Assembly: GCF_011386835.1 (NCBI RefSeq)
Contig: NC_088794.1
Coordinates: 31,310,001-31,374,000 of the forward strand
DNA: 64,000 bases
Source of the DNA: Chrysemys picta bellii
Taxonomy: Eukaryota
Reading direction: 5' to 3'
A program made the position numbers and the translations under genes. The notes under the pieces are model-generated. The model did no database searches, was not told the origin of the DNA, and saw nothing but the letters and a program-made list of their open reading frames with translations. Below are positions 1 to 12,330 of the stretch, one piece after another; the first letter of the stretch is position 1; every line of letters begins with the position of its first letter.

Positions 1-1473
1 TCCCTGCCTATAGAGCCAGCCCTGGAGCAGGGAAAGAACTACATTTCCCAGCATTCCCTTGGCCACTACCAACAGGAAAGAGGGAGAGGGAGTGAGATAG
101 CTGAGACCTCATGCTGCAGCCTGCTATGAATGGAGAGCTGCACTGTGAAGGTAGGGAAACCATATTTTAACATTCAAAAAATAGGACACTCCACAGGGAG
201 GGAGGGTAGCCCCACCCTGCCACCATCCACTCCCTCCGACTGCCCCCCACAGAAACCCCAACCCATCCAACCCCCCCTGCACCCTGTCCCCTGATCACCC
301 CCTCCCGGGACCCCTGCCCCTAACTGCCCCCCAGGACCCCACCCCCTATCTAAGCCCCACTGGTCCTTGTCCCCAGATTGGTCCCTCCTGAGACCCCCCC
401 AACTTCCCCCTAGGACCCCACTCCCTACTTGTCCCCTGACAAACCCCTGGGACTCCCATGCCTATCCAACCGCTGCCTGTCCCCTCAGCCCCCTTACCGT
501 GCCACTCAGAACAGCATGTCTGGCTTCGCGCAGCGCCAGACACACTGCTGCATACATGCTGCCATGCTTCCCTGCGGAGCCACAGCCCACCCCCCCCCCC
601 CCCCACTCCCAGCACCTGCCTTCCAGATTTGAACACCTCAAAATTCAGGAGTGCTCAAGCTCAGTTTGGGCAGCTGTTACTTCATTTCTCCCAAATCAAA
701 TATACTGATCCACTGTAACTTGCTGTAGAAAAAGTAGGATAAAATTGAGCAAGAAATGCTTCCCAGTGGTTATTAGGACTGGAATTGCTATTTTCAACAG
801 CCATTGCCTTTTTGTTTGTTTGTTTAAAAGGAAGACAGTGATATTGCATTGGCAAATTCCCCATAGAAAGAGTGGAAGAAAAGAATAATAAAGGCACCTC
901 AACTTTTCCTCATTTATGTAGGACAGTCTTATAATATGCATCCAGATATCCTCCAATCACACAAGCTGAAAATTGTTCCACTTTACTGCAGTTCTGTAAC
1001 CATATGGGAACCAATCCTGTCTGTGTTCTGTGCACATCTAAAACTCCTGCTGAATGACCTGCCCTGGGAGCGAGTTACCAATGACCCAGAGCTGCGGCGG
1101 AAGGAGGGTGCAGGTGGGGGTGGGGGGTGGGGAGAGCCCAGGGCTGGGGCAGCAGGAGGTGTGGGGGGGCAATGGTAGGGGGGTAGTGGGGAGCCCAGAG
1201 CTGGGGCGGCAGGGTGTGTGTGTGGGGGGGGGGGGGGAGAGCCCAGGGCTGGGGCGGCAGGGGGGTGTGGGGGTGAGAGCCCAGGGCTGGGGCGGTAGGG
1301 AGGTGCGGGTTCGGGGGGGGGAGCCCAGGGCTGGGGCAGCAGGGGGGTGCGGGTTGGGGGGGAGAGCCCAGGGTTGGGGCGGCAGGTGGGTGCGGCGAGG
1401 AGCCCAGGGCTGGGACTGGGGGCAGCCAAAATTTTTTTTGCTTGGGGTGGCAAAAAACCTAGAGCCGGCCCTG
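1..1473 (-). mobile_element. Non-autonomous hAT-like element (other end outside window) with an internal G-rich tandem array
   Basis: Ends GAGCCGGCCCTG at 1473, the same TIR family as the TSD-flanked MITEs at 53228, 60077 and 61779. The subterminal TTTTTTTGCTTGGGGTGGCAAAAAA matches those copies in reverse. Treating 1-1100 as the same element rests on recall of turtle repeats. Confidence 0.6.
1125..1420. repeat. G-rich minisatellite, unit about 40-60 bp, core GGGAGAGCCCAGGGCTGGGGC(A/G)GCAGG, about 7 copies
   Basis: The core (GAG)CCCAG(G/A)GCTGGGGC recurs near 1133, 1191, 1239, 1276, 1321, 1363 and 1399. Confidence 0.85.
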
Positions 1474-1533
1474 AAATCTACACTCAGTTTCTGGTTCTGC
1501 CACAGACTTCTTGTGTGATCCTGGGCAAGTCAT

Positions 1534-1827
1534 GTAGCCCTACGCTCAAAACTCAGGTTGCCATGGTGATGGATCTCAGGGGTATGAAAAATCCACATCC
1601 TGGGAGTGCCGAAGCTATGCCAACCTAACCCCAAGTGTGGCCGTAGCTATGTTGACAGAAGACTGCTTCCCGTCGGTCTAGCTACTGTCGCTCAGGGAGG
1701 TGGTGTTCCTACAGTAGAGGAAAAGCCTCTTTTGTCTCAGTAGGATGTGTCTATACAACAGGGTTTTCACAGCATAGCTATGATGCTGTAGCTATGCCGC
1801 TATAATCTCTGCAGTGCAGACATGGCC
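1534..1827. mobile_element. PIF/Harbinger-type MITE inserted in a MIR/CORE-like SINE fragment
   Basis: Right end AGTGCAGACATGGCC resembles the Harbinger TIR. The flanks 'tgtgatcctgggcaagtca' and 'ctctctgtgcc..catctgtaaaatggggataata' join into a CORE-SINE-like sequence. Confidence 0.5.
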
Positions 1828-2137
1828 TCTCTGTGCCTTAGCTCCTTCATCTGTAAAATGGGGATAATACTTACCTTCTCCCCACCCTTTGTCCAGCTTG
1901 TCCTTTTAGGTAGTAAGACAGCAACTGCCTCGTATTTTGTGTTTGTACTGTGCCTAGTACAACGGGACCTACTCTGGCTGTAGTCTGCCACCATCAGGTG
2001 GATGATGATAATTTGGGGCAACTGGCAGGTGTTTCACTTTACTTTTTTCCTTAACTTTGTAACTCAGTCTCATTGCCGCCCTCTAGTCCACTTCCTCTGT
2101 GGAATCCTGGACTACTTCCCTGTTTGTCTTACTACAG

Positions 2138-2249
2138 CCTGTCAGAGAGTGATGCAAGAGAAGCCACTCAGATGACCGGCCAATACATTTGCCCAGCCTC
2201 CAAACCACTGATTGAAGAGATGAAGGAAGAAGTGTCTGTTCTGGACTAG
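2138..2249 (+). CDS. SCT: Last coding exon of secretin precursor (C-terminal propeptide)
   Basis: Acceptor tgtttgtcttactacag|C, phase 2. Reads (S)LSESDAREATQMTGQYICPASKPLIEEMKEEVSVLD*, which aligns with the avian secretin precursor tail as I recall it (S-H-S-D-R-D-A-R-E-A..Q-Y-L-C-P..M-K-E). SCT lies upstream of CDHR5 on the same strand in mammals. Upstream exons are outside the window. Confidence 0.75.
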
Positions 2250-2519
2250 AAGTGAAGGGGACAACAGCAGCCAAACCTCTCCATAAAATATAGCATGGGG
2301 GGGGGGGGGTTCCGTGTGCGGCCTACAAATAAATAAGGAAGCTATTGAATCTAGTTCAAGGGTAAATGATGGGATCAGAAACTGCCAAAATAACAGTAAA
2401 GCATGTAATCAAGGGCACTGTGTGTATTGGTGTAAAATAGAGGGTGGGGTTAGTAGATGGTGCATGAATGATGGAAGCAGCTTACACAATACTTTGTTCC
2501 AAGCCGGATTCTAAACTTT

Positions 2520-2525
2520 AATAAA
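2520..2525 (+). terminator. Probable SCT polyadenylation signal
   Basis: AATAAA followed by a GT/T-rich tract (gctgttgtgctttggcttgtgttttgg). A second AATAAA sits at 2328. Confidence 0.55.
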
Positions 2526-4666
2526 GGTTCTTCAGCAGCTGTTGTGCTTTGGCTTGTGTTTTGGTTCCTCTGGTCAAGCACCAGGAAGCAGTTGAGAATA
2601 CAGCAGCAAGGCTGGTATGCATAGCACAGTGGGGATTGCTAGGTCAGGGCAAGAATTGTCCTTCCCTGTCTCCCCCATATCTATATATGTGTATGCGCAC
2701 ACACACACAGCTGGCATCACGCAGCATAGCTCTAGTGAAGTCAGTGGATTTAGCTCAGCTGAAGATCTGGCCCTCTTTGTTCAGCGAGAAACTCACCATT
2801 ACTCTGATACCCCAATGTTAGAAAGACAGAGCAGGAGACATCACACAGACAAAGGGATCAGTGCTTTTGTTTAAGCAGAAAACATCAGATGGGTGGTGGG
2901 TTTTGTGACAAAGATCTCCGTGAGAACTATACTACACTGATGGCAGCTATGTATGGATCAATTTCCAATCCATTCTGCCCTTCTGTTTACAGGGACTGGT
3001 CTTCTAGCAGTTAGAAACAGGCACTGTAGCCAACTGAAAAGCAGAAATTCATTCTTAAATACTCAAGTTTGTACATGCTGCTTATGTCACACTGCATGGT
3101 TTTGATGCTCTTTCCTGGTAAAGATCAGGTGATCTACTTCTAATGCAAAAGTACTAAATTCAACTATCATCTCTAAACATTAGGCAGCTAAAGAACATAC
3201 TGTAAAGATCATTCCTTGTTGCCTACAAGACTGTTTATGATGTAGCTCATCAGAAAACTACTATTCATTTTTCTTTCAGAGACATTTACAAAGCAGTTAG
3301 TCTTACACAAACATGTGTCCTTTCCCTTAATGTAGCACTAAAGAACCATTTCCACGTCTCACAGGCCAGCTTCCCTTTATTGCAGCATGTGGGAAACCAT
3401 GCTGTTATAACTTTCTATTACAAAAACATTAGAAAAATCTCAAAGGAATCTTTGGAAGAATTTTTATGTGATTAAACCACTAAAAGCAGCATGGCTAAAA
3501 TTTTCAAACCTGGCTTTGACAGCACCTTGATTGGGATTTTCAGAGCAGTGTAAGTGAATTAGGTGCCCAAATCCCATTGAAATTCAGCCCTAAATGTTTA
3601 ATTAAGTGCCTAAAACATGGAATTGGACTCTTCAAAGCTTGCCTATATTCAGACATAGCCTGAATTCAGCCAGAGTCCAGCAACTGTTCTAGTGTTAACC
3701 CCTAAGAGCTTGTTTTCACCAGGAAATGTAATCATGTTTAAACGTGCTTTAACAATGGCGTTAGCTGGCACAATGCTAACCTTGCCCTTGTCTGCGGTGA
3801 CCAGTCAGTCAAGTCAGCACCCACCCCATCCAAAGCATGGCATTGCGCCCATTATGGTTTTCTGTTAGAAACCTCCAGGACTCGGAGACATGCCGACGGG
3901 GTATTTAACAGTGAACTCAGCAAGGTGAATGAAAATGCCTATGTGCAGAAGTTAGTCAAATCTCTCGTGGGCCTCAATCAAAGGTAAAAAATACTGGTTC
4001 TTCCCTGCTTCGTTCTGTTGTGACCTCTGAACTCCAAAGTGTAAAAAGATCAGGATGAGCCTCAAAAAAAGAGACTATAGATTGGGTCAGCATTGATGTC
4101 CGAATCAGGGCTATCCCCAAGTGCAGACAAGGCCTAACTTTAGGTCCCCAAGTTTGAACATTTTGGCCCAGGCGAAGAGCAGTGAATACAAGGCATTGTC
4201 ATTCTGCACCCATTCAAAGGGAACGAGGTTACATTCCTCTTTATATGACTCTGTCTCCCACCAGAAGACAAGCTGAGTTTTGGATGATGCAGGCACCTAA
4301 GAGAGAGAGGAAAAGAAAGAAAAATGATGTAAAAATGATGTGCTGTTATATTGCCAAGCGTAGAACAAGGATTAAGATGGAAGAAGCAAATAGCAGCTTC
4401 AGAATTGTTGTTAGATTGGAAATCACCAACAGGAGCATGTAAAGAAGCAGAGGACTCCATGCAAAACACAAGGCAAAAAAGCATGTATTACTCAACCCTC
4501 CCCACCAAAAAATAATCCTCAAGACAGAAGAATGCCCATAAGGTTTGCCAAGTGGGGTGCATATCGAGAAGAGAGTTTCAGATTAGATTTCCCACACTCC
4601 CTTCTGTATTGAAAACCCCTTTATGAGAAATTGCTTTCAAACTCCACTGCAGAAATAAGAAGTGAC

Positions 4667-5954
4667 TGTGACAGTGTACCCCATAAGGCTTTATGGGGGG
4701 GTGTGCTTATAAATGTATGTATGACATAGCTGGAATATGTTTTGTGCTGCCTGTGCTATGTAACGTATCTCTGTAAAGGTTATGCTTTACTGTATCTATT
4801 CATCCTATTTGTACATATATATCATTTTCTACTTGAGGTTAAGAACATGGGCTATATGCTTGCTTGGTTTCTAAGTAAGCTCTCAGAGTAGCAGCCGTGT
4901 TAGTCTGTATCCGCAAAAAGAACAGGAGTACTTGTGGCACCTTAGAGACTAACAAATTTGTTAATCTCTAAGGTGCCACAAGTACTCCTGTTCTTTTTAA
5001 GTAAGCTTTGTGAGGCATTTGGTCAGCTTCTTTAGGAAGGAATTTGCAAGGTTAAGTACCTGATCAGGAAACACTTGGGGAACAATGCACCTTGGAACGC
5101 TCCAATCCACATAAGAAGTCTTCCTGGAGACATACAAGATACCATGTGGACAATGGCTTCAGCCTGTAAAGACTGAGTCATGCAGGGACATGTGACTTGC
5201 CCAGGTGACTCCAGAACTCCATCTTGGAGCTGGACTTTGCATAGGAGTGAGGAGGGGGTCTCCACCCACAAGAGAAAGTCTATTTAAACCCATGGGAGAC
5301 CCCTCCATTTTGTCTTCAGCTGGCTAAGGAAGGAGCCTCTCCACCCCCACACCAGGATACTTGAAGGAAACTGGAACAAAGGACAGTAACTACAGGGGGT
5401 GTGAGTGATTGCTGGACCCAGGTTAAAAGGAGATTAGCCTGTAAAAGGGAGCATTCTGGAACTGGTGAGGAACTTATCTGTATTTAGTTTGATTAGACAT
5501 AGATTTGCGCATTTTATTTTATTTTGCTTGGTGACTTACTTTGTTCTGTCTGTTACCATTTAGAACCACTTAAATCCTATTCTTGGCATTTAATAAAAAC
5601 CACTTTTTCCTTATTAATTAACTCAGAGTATGTGTTAATACCTGGAGGAGCAAACAACTGTGCATATCTCTATCAGTGTTATAGAGGGCGAACAATTTAT
5701 GAGTTTGTAAAATGGATTTATCTGGGTTTAGACCCCATGGGGAGTTGAGCACATCTGAGTGCTAAAGACAAGCACACTTCTGTGAGCTGTTTTCAGGTAA
5801 ACTTGCAGCTTTGGGACAAGTGATTCAGACCCTGGCTCTGTGTTGGAGCAGACGGGAGTGTCTGGCTCAGCAAGACAGGGAAAACAGGAGCAGAGGTAGT
5901 CTTTGCACATCAGGTGGCAGCTTCCAGGGGGTTTCTGTATTCCAACCCGTCACA
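4667..5954. mobile_element. Solo LTR (ERV/LTR-retrotransposon type)
   Basis: TGTGAC...GTCACA termini, exact 5-bp TSD GTGAC on both sides, internal AATAAA at about 5591. Confidence 0.85.
4884..4998. mobile_element. Penelope-like inverted (palindromic) insertion nested in the solo LTR
   Basis: 84-bp zero-spacer palindrome at 4915-4998 with one mismatch. A duplication of (t)aagtaagct flanks it. Same family as 40822-40985. Confidence 0.7.
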
Positions 5955-6699
5955 GTGACAATCATTGCAGGTAAAAGACATGGTGAAATGTAATCTCCAA
6001 AAGCCAAGAACAAAACCAAACCAAACCAAACCTGCAGGGGCGGGGGGGAGAAAGACTGCAGAGATCCTGGTCTTTTCAGCAAGAAGAAAGTCCACCACTT
6101 GTGGCTAAACTGATTATTGTTTTAGTACAGCATATAGTCTCCTTAGTCAGAGTTACAGAAGAAGGATGTTCCAGCAGTTAAGCCACTTGACTGGGACTCT
6201 GGAAACCTGGGTTCACATCACAGACTACTTGTATGACCTTGAGGAAGTCACTTAAGGGTCTGTCTTTGCTACCCAGGCTTAAGCAGCCCCACTGCAAACC
6301 CCTACCCAAGCTACCATCCCCTCACTGGTGCTGCACCCACCCACATGTGTCACTATGGTTTCTGGGGACACATCCCATAGTTCTCTGCGCTGCAGTAAAC
6401 TGATCCACTCTGATTCTTCCCCAGTGAATTGTAGGAGAGAGTTTGTCCTTCTGGAACATGGGGGGATTTGTAGGAAGGCACTGGAGGACTATCAGCACTC
6501 AGGGATTTAGCCTGCATCTGCACTGCAGTGTGGACAGGTTACCAGCCAGAGGTAAAGCAGCATTCAGATTTTAGCCTAAAGCCCTAGGAAAGTCAGCCAG
6601 TTTGGGCTGAAAACACCACTAAACTCCAGTGAGCGCCAAGTGTGTGGAAGGGAGACAGGCTAAGGGTGGCACCCAAGTAAGAGCCCAGGTTAACTCTCA

Positions 6700-7424
6700 G
6701 GGCATGGCTACACTTGCAGATGTAGAGCGCTTTGAGTTAAACCAGCCTTTGTAGAGTGCAGTAGGGAAAGCGCTGCAGTCTGTCCACACTGACAGCTGAC
6801 AGTGCACTGGCGTGGCCATGTTAGCAGCTCTTGCAACGGCCACAGAGAGCAGTGCGGTAGCTATCCCAGCACGCAAGTGGCTGCAACGTGCTTTTCAAAT
6901 GGAGGGTGGGGGGGAAGTGGAGTGTGACAGGGAGTGTGTTGTGTGTATGTGGGGGGAGAGAGAGTGGGTTTTTGGGGGGCTGAGAGCATGTCAGCATGCT
7001 GTCTTGTAAGTTCAGACAGCAGCAGACCTCCCATTCCCCCCCGCCTCTCTCTCTCACACACACACAGCATTCCACAGTAATGGTTGCTTTGTCTCGGAGC
7101 AGATAAGCAGCCGACTGTCAGAAACAGAGCTTTCAAAGGGCAAATCCAAAACAATGACAAGAGTGGTCACTTGATTTAAGGGGATTATGGGACGTTTCCG
7201 GAGGCTGATCAGAGCGCAGTAATGCAACACCTCGTTCACACTGATGCTGGGGCGCTCCAGCGGGAGCACATCAAACATTATTTTACTCACCGAGGTGGAG
7301 CACCAGGAGCGCTCTAGCTATGGAGTCAGAGCGCTCTACGTGCCTTGCCAGTGTGGACGGGTAGTGAGCTAGTCTGCCTGGGGGCTCCTTTAATGCGCTG
7401 TAACTCGCAAGTGTAGCCAAGTCG
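6700..7424. mobile_element. PIF/Harbinger MITE
   Basis: TIRs GGGCATGGCTACACT / AGTGTAGCCAAGTCG, with TCA/TAA flanks (TWA-type TSD). Confidence 0.8.
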
Positions 7425-7777
7425 TAAGTGAAGACAGACCCTTAGAAGTCATTGGGAAATGAGTTCCCACCCCCCATGGAAAATTGATTAAAACAAGAAG
7501 TTTTGTTCAAATTTTAGCTGAAAGTTTTGAATTTCCATAAAACCACAAAAGTGCTGAAAAACAAATCAGAAATTTGGAGAAAGCAGCCACTTTCCAACGG
7601 TTTTGTGTAATCAAAATCCCAGTTTTGCATGGAAAAAGTGTATTGAGACAAAGATTTTCAACCAGCCCCCATACCTCATCTCTGCACCTTATTTCCCCGT
7701 GTTTAACATGGGAGGTGAAGATAATCCTCCCTCTCTCCCACTTTGTTTAGAACGTGAACTCTTCAGGTCAGAGTATC

Positions 7778-8037
7778 CAGTACCGGGTTCAATGGCGCCA
7801 GGCCCACCCCGTGCTCTGCCCCAAGGCCCTGCCCCTGCTCAGCCTCTTCCCCCCCCCCCCCCGAGGCCACACCCACCGCTCACGCCTTTCCGCCCCCTCC
7901 CCATCGCGCAAGTGCTGGGCGGGGCTTTGGGGGAAGAGGCTGAGTGGGGGTGGAGCCTCAGGGCAGAACGCAGGTGGAGTGTGGGGGAGGGGCCATGGTC
8001 CAGCTGCCGGGGCTCACAAAAGGTTAATCTGGCCCTG
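7778..8037. mobile_element. hAT-type MITE
   Basis: Imperfect TIRs CAGTACCGGGTT / AATCTGGCCCTG, 8-bp TSD agagtatc/agaatatg (6/8). Confidence 0.6.
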
Positions 8038-8674
8038 AGAATATGTCATTGTGTGTGTGTATGCACAGTGCCCAGCACAATGGGACCCTGATTGCAGAGG
8101 GGACATAATAATGGTTTAGTCATATATATCATTCTAAGATACAAATTGCAAAGAGTCAGGAAAGTAACAAGCTTCAAATGAACAATCGATCAACCATTTC
8201 ACAGCGAGCTCTCAAATTCCTCACTTTGTAAGGTACTTTGTTACCTCACCATTCTGTTATTGAGATTAAGCCTATTTTCACACTCATCTAGTCTCATTCT
8301 CAGTGAATTTTTTTCTATTAATGATTCTCATAAGTGAATCATACCTTACTAACAAAAGCCACCATATTCTCTGCAGCCCCCCAAGACCTCTATCCTGAAA
8401 GTGGCAGCCTTGTCCTGTGCAGTAAATACCTAGCATCCCACAGAGAATCCAGTCTCCTGCATGACCGGCTCACTTATAGCAATCAATCCTTTTAAACATC
8501 TTTAGCCAACGTGTGCGCCACACAAAGAAACATCAAAAGGAATTAAAGTTTGAGGACAACGGCTTGTCATGAGAATGCAAAATACTGGGTATAATAAAAG
8601 CTTTGCTGATCTTCAAGCACAAGCCACAAAACACTGCTGTAAAATTCCTCTTAGGAAAACTTTGCCATGTGCAG

Positions 8675-9729
8675 TGTGACAGTCTATAACCACAATTTCA
8701 CCCCCTTTTCAAGACTATGGTGAATTTTGTACAAAGTATGCCTTGTGAGGTATCATTTGAAAATGGATAATTCACTGGTCATTATTGCCCTGGTAAAATA
8801 AGTGTGGCAACATTGTAGGTCAAGTTATAAAAAATTCTCCTGTATGACATTACTGAGACATATTCCAAATCAGGGGAAGCAGCCACAAACCAGTTCCTCA
8901 GAGACAAAAGGCAAACTGATGCCTCTGCCAGGGATCAACAAAATCAAACGGACCATCGCCTGGTTAAGTGGCCATTCCTCGGCAGGAAAAACAGCATAAG
9001 TGAGCAATTTACACTTTGTCTCCTGAACCCCAGCTGAAGATAATTCTCGAAGGAGGGAATAAGAATGGGGAACAAGTGCCCCAAAAATATTCCTCCCTTT
9101 CTCTCCATCCTCGGCAACCACAATACCTAGGGAACAAAGTAACAGCTTTGGACGGAGGGAGGGATCCTGTCTGAAACGAATTCAGCCACTAAGACTGCTG
9201 AAGCATGTGCTGAGAGATCTTTTGCTTTGAATTCACTTAGCTTGTTAAGTTAGGTATTAGCTGTGTTTTACCTTTCATTTCTTTGTAACCAATTCTGACT
9301 TTTATGCCGCATTTCTTGTAACCACTTAAAATCTGTCTGTAGTTAATAAACTTGCTTTATTATTTTATCTAAATCAGTGTGTTTGGACTGAAGTGTTTGG
9401 GGAAATCCCATTTGAGATAACAGAATTTGTGCGTATCATTTTCTATTAATGAAATGATGAATTTATATGAGCTTGTGTTTTCTGGGAGGGGGCTGGGCTG
9501 TACAAAACGAACATTTCTGGGGGAACGTCTGGGGCTGGGAATTTGCTGGTGTTGCTCTCGAGTGTAATACATGAGTAGCTGCCCATAGCACTCATACAGA
9601 ATAGCTGGGAGTAATTTACATGCTGGAGCTGTGTGTGAGCTGACCAGCAGTGTTTGCTCTCACAGAGAAGCAGTGTAAAAGACATCCCAGGCTGTTCCAC
9701 AGTCCAGATTGTACCCTGGTAATGGCACA
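8675..9729. mobile_element. Solo LTR
   Basis: TGTGACA...GGCACA termini, internal AATAAA at about 9345, and resemblance to the 4667 LTR in its 3' half. TSD poor (tgcag/aacag). Confidence 0.65.
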
Positions 9730-10368
9730 AACAGTCCGATGAAAATCCAAAGGAAAGGCAGGGAAGAAAAGCTAGAAGCTGTTTTATTTGTATTATGGTA
9801 GTACCTCAAGATTTCACCTAAGGGCTTGTACTTGAAATGCTGCAGCTTCACTGCTGTAGCACTTCACTGTAGACACTAATTACGCTGACAGGAGGGCTTC
9901 GCTCATTGGTGTAGGTAATCCGCCTCCGTGAGAAGTTGACAGAAGATTGTCTACACCCGGGGTTAGGTTGGCTTAACTACGTCACTCAGGAGTGTGGATT
10001 TTTCACACCTGAGTGATGTAGCTGGGTTGACCTAACTTTTTAGTTTAGACCAGGCCTGAAATGAGGGCCTCAATGTGCTAGGTGCTGTACATACACATAG
10101 TAAGAGACAGTCCCTACCATTAGGAGCTTACAATTTAAATAGACATGACAAAAAAGGTTTATTATCCACATTTTACAGATGGAGAACTGAGGCACAGAGA
10201 GTTTAAGTGACTTGCCCAGGGTCACCCAGGGATTCTGACAGAGCAGGCAGTTAAACCCCAATTTCCTGAGTGCCAGCCCAGGCCTTAAACAGAGAGCTAT
10301 CCTCTCTCATTTTCCCAGTCCAATGCTTAAGCCACAAGACCAGTCCTCCTCTTCAAGGGCAGTAAAAT

Positions 10369-10773
10369 CAGTGGCGCTCAACCTTTCCAGACTACTGTAC
10401 CCCTTTCAGGAATCTGATTTGTCTTGTGTACCCCCAAGTTGCCCCTCACTTAAAAACTACTTGCTTACAAAATCAGACACAAAAATACAAGTGTCACAAC
10501 ACACTATTACTGAAACACCGATGACTCTCATTTTTACAGTATAATTATAAAATAAATCATTTAGAATATAAATATTGTACTTACATTTCAGTGTATAGTA
10601 CATAGAGCAGTATAAACAAGTCGTCTGTATGAAATTTTAGTTTGTACTGACATCGCTAGTGCTTTTTATGTAGCCTGTTGTAAAACTGGGCAAATATCTA
10701 GATGAGATGATGTACCCCCTGGAAAACTTCTGCGTACCCCCAAGGGTACATGTACCCTGGTTCAGAACCACTG
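10369..10773. mobile_element. hAT-type MITE
   Basis: CAGTGGCGCTCAACC...GGTTCAGAACCACTG termini, flanked by cagtaaa(a)t duplicates. Confidence 0.75.
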
Positions 10774-11874
10774 CAGTAAATCAATAGTCCATGCATTCTT
10801 CTGCTACAGCCTCCAGTCATTCACCCTTTCACTTCAAGATCCTTTTCATAAGATTTTTTTAAACCTATTTAGAAAGTTTTAGGTTTACAGATCCTTGCCA
10901 AGTAAATATAAGAGACAAAACAATAGTGATTACAACAGGGAGCTTTTGTCAGAGAAACATCATACAGTAATATCAGGTCTCTATTTAACAGGGTGTTACC
11001 ATAATGCAGAGCGAGCCTCTTTACACAAATGAGATTTTAAAGCACATATTCCTCTATTGTGCAATTTTCTCACTAAAAGCATCTTTGTTAGTAACTCCAT
11101 CACTCATTATACTCTGACATGTTGCGTGATCATATGGGGATCGACAGCAGTCACTGACCTATTCACACTCCAGTAGTTTTAAAGAGAGACAAAGGGAAAC
11201 GTCCTATGATCGAATTCGAATACTCTGAATTCTCCAGTGCCAGGATTCTCCAGCGCAGGATCGCAAAATACTTTGCAGATATGGCAGCCTGCAGCATTTG
11301 CTAAAGTGATCAGCAATTCTGGGCGCCCAGCTTGAAACAGTTTAAAGAGCGCTGATTTTCACAAAGTGCTGAGCACCAGCTCTCTGAAAATCAGCCTCCC
11401 TCAAAGGCGTCTCAGGTCGGGCAGCCAAAAATACCTGTCACTTTTGAAAATGTAGGCCTTCTAACATCCCTCTGAGGTAGATAAGTTTTATGAACATTTT
11501 ACAAATGTGTGTGTGGAGGGGAGGAGGGACAGAGGAGCAGATTTGCTCCAGGCGACCAAAGAAAGAAGCGGTAGAGTTAGTAGGAGAACAGAGGCGTCCT
11601 GCTGGTCCAAACAAAGCAGGAGTTACGGCTCCCAGTCCATTGCACTACCAAGGTCTTTCACTGTAATTAAACATCCTAGAGAGCTATGCAACAAATTGTA
11701 ACGAGAAGCAGGAGGAGAGCATAGAGAATGTGCTGGAGAACACGGCTTGCTATGGAGCTGAGCACAGACCTGGTGTGGGCTGCATTGGACAGTGCTGGCC
11801 TGTAGTGAGTTGAGATCTGACGTGGAAGATTTGCTTACGCCCATTTATTTCTACCATGAAACGTCCCCATGAAG

Positions 11875-11997
11875 TAGGGTGACCAGATAGCAACGGGAAA
11901 AAATGGGACAGGGAGTGAGGGGTAATAGGTGCCTATATAAGAAAAAGTCCCAAAAAACAGGACTGTCCCTTTAAAAACAGGACATCTGGTCACCCTA
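11875..11997. mobile_element. hAT MITE (TAGGGTGACCAGA family)
   Basis: TIRs TAGGGTGACCAGAT / ATCTGGTCACCCTA, perfect 8-bp TSD CCATGAAG. Confidence 0.92.
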
Positions 11998-12139
11998 CCA
12001 TGAAGCAGAGAGTCTCTATGGTACATCTGAAGTATACCCCTGCTCCAAATCATTGGCTCAGTACGACACTCCAGCATATGCTCTGGTGATTACAATCGCA
12101 CCTGCCACTGAGGAGCACTGGAAGTGACAGTCAACTTAA

Positions 12140-12330
12140 CAGGTGCCAAAGTCCATCACTCCACTATGTTTATTTGGGGGTATTCAACACCAAATCCTAA
12201 CGCAGTTAAAAATACAGAGCTCCAGAGCCAAGAAGAATGTGGAATTCACCGCTTATCGCAGTCTGAAAACAGAAACCAGTAAATAAGTCATAAATAAGTT
12301 AAACAATAAAGCAGGGAGGCAAAGGTTGAA
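12140..12330 (+). promoter_or_regulatory. Putative CDHR5 proximal promoter with enterocyte TF motifs
   Basis: CAAAGTCCA (HNF4) 12147-12155, CTTATC (GATA) 12252, AGTAAATA (FOXA-like) about 12278, GTCATAAA 12287 and CAATAAA 12304 (CDX), GGCAAAGGTTG (HNF4-like DR1) 12318. All lie 150-330 bp upstream of the ATG. Confidence 0.55.

Noticed and set aside
1125-1420. CRISPR-like repeat-spacer array
   Set aside because: Eukaryotic locus; degenerate G-rich units with low-complexity spacers, so a minisatellite.
983-1628. Long Pro/Gly-rich ORFs on both strands (also 32025-32589, 53136-53710, 59841-60511, 13140-13581, 44178-44693)
   Set aside because: They lie inside GC-rich TIR/TSD-bounded MITEs, where stops are rare; no domain or splice support.
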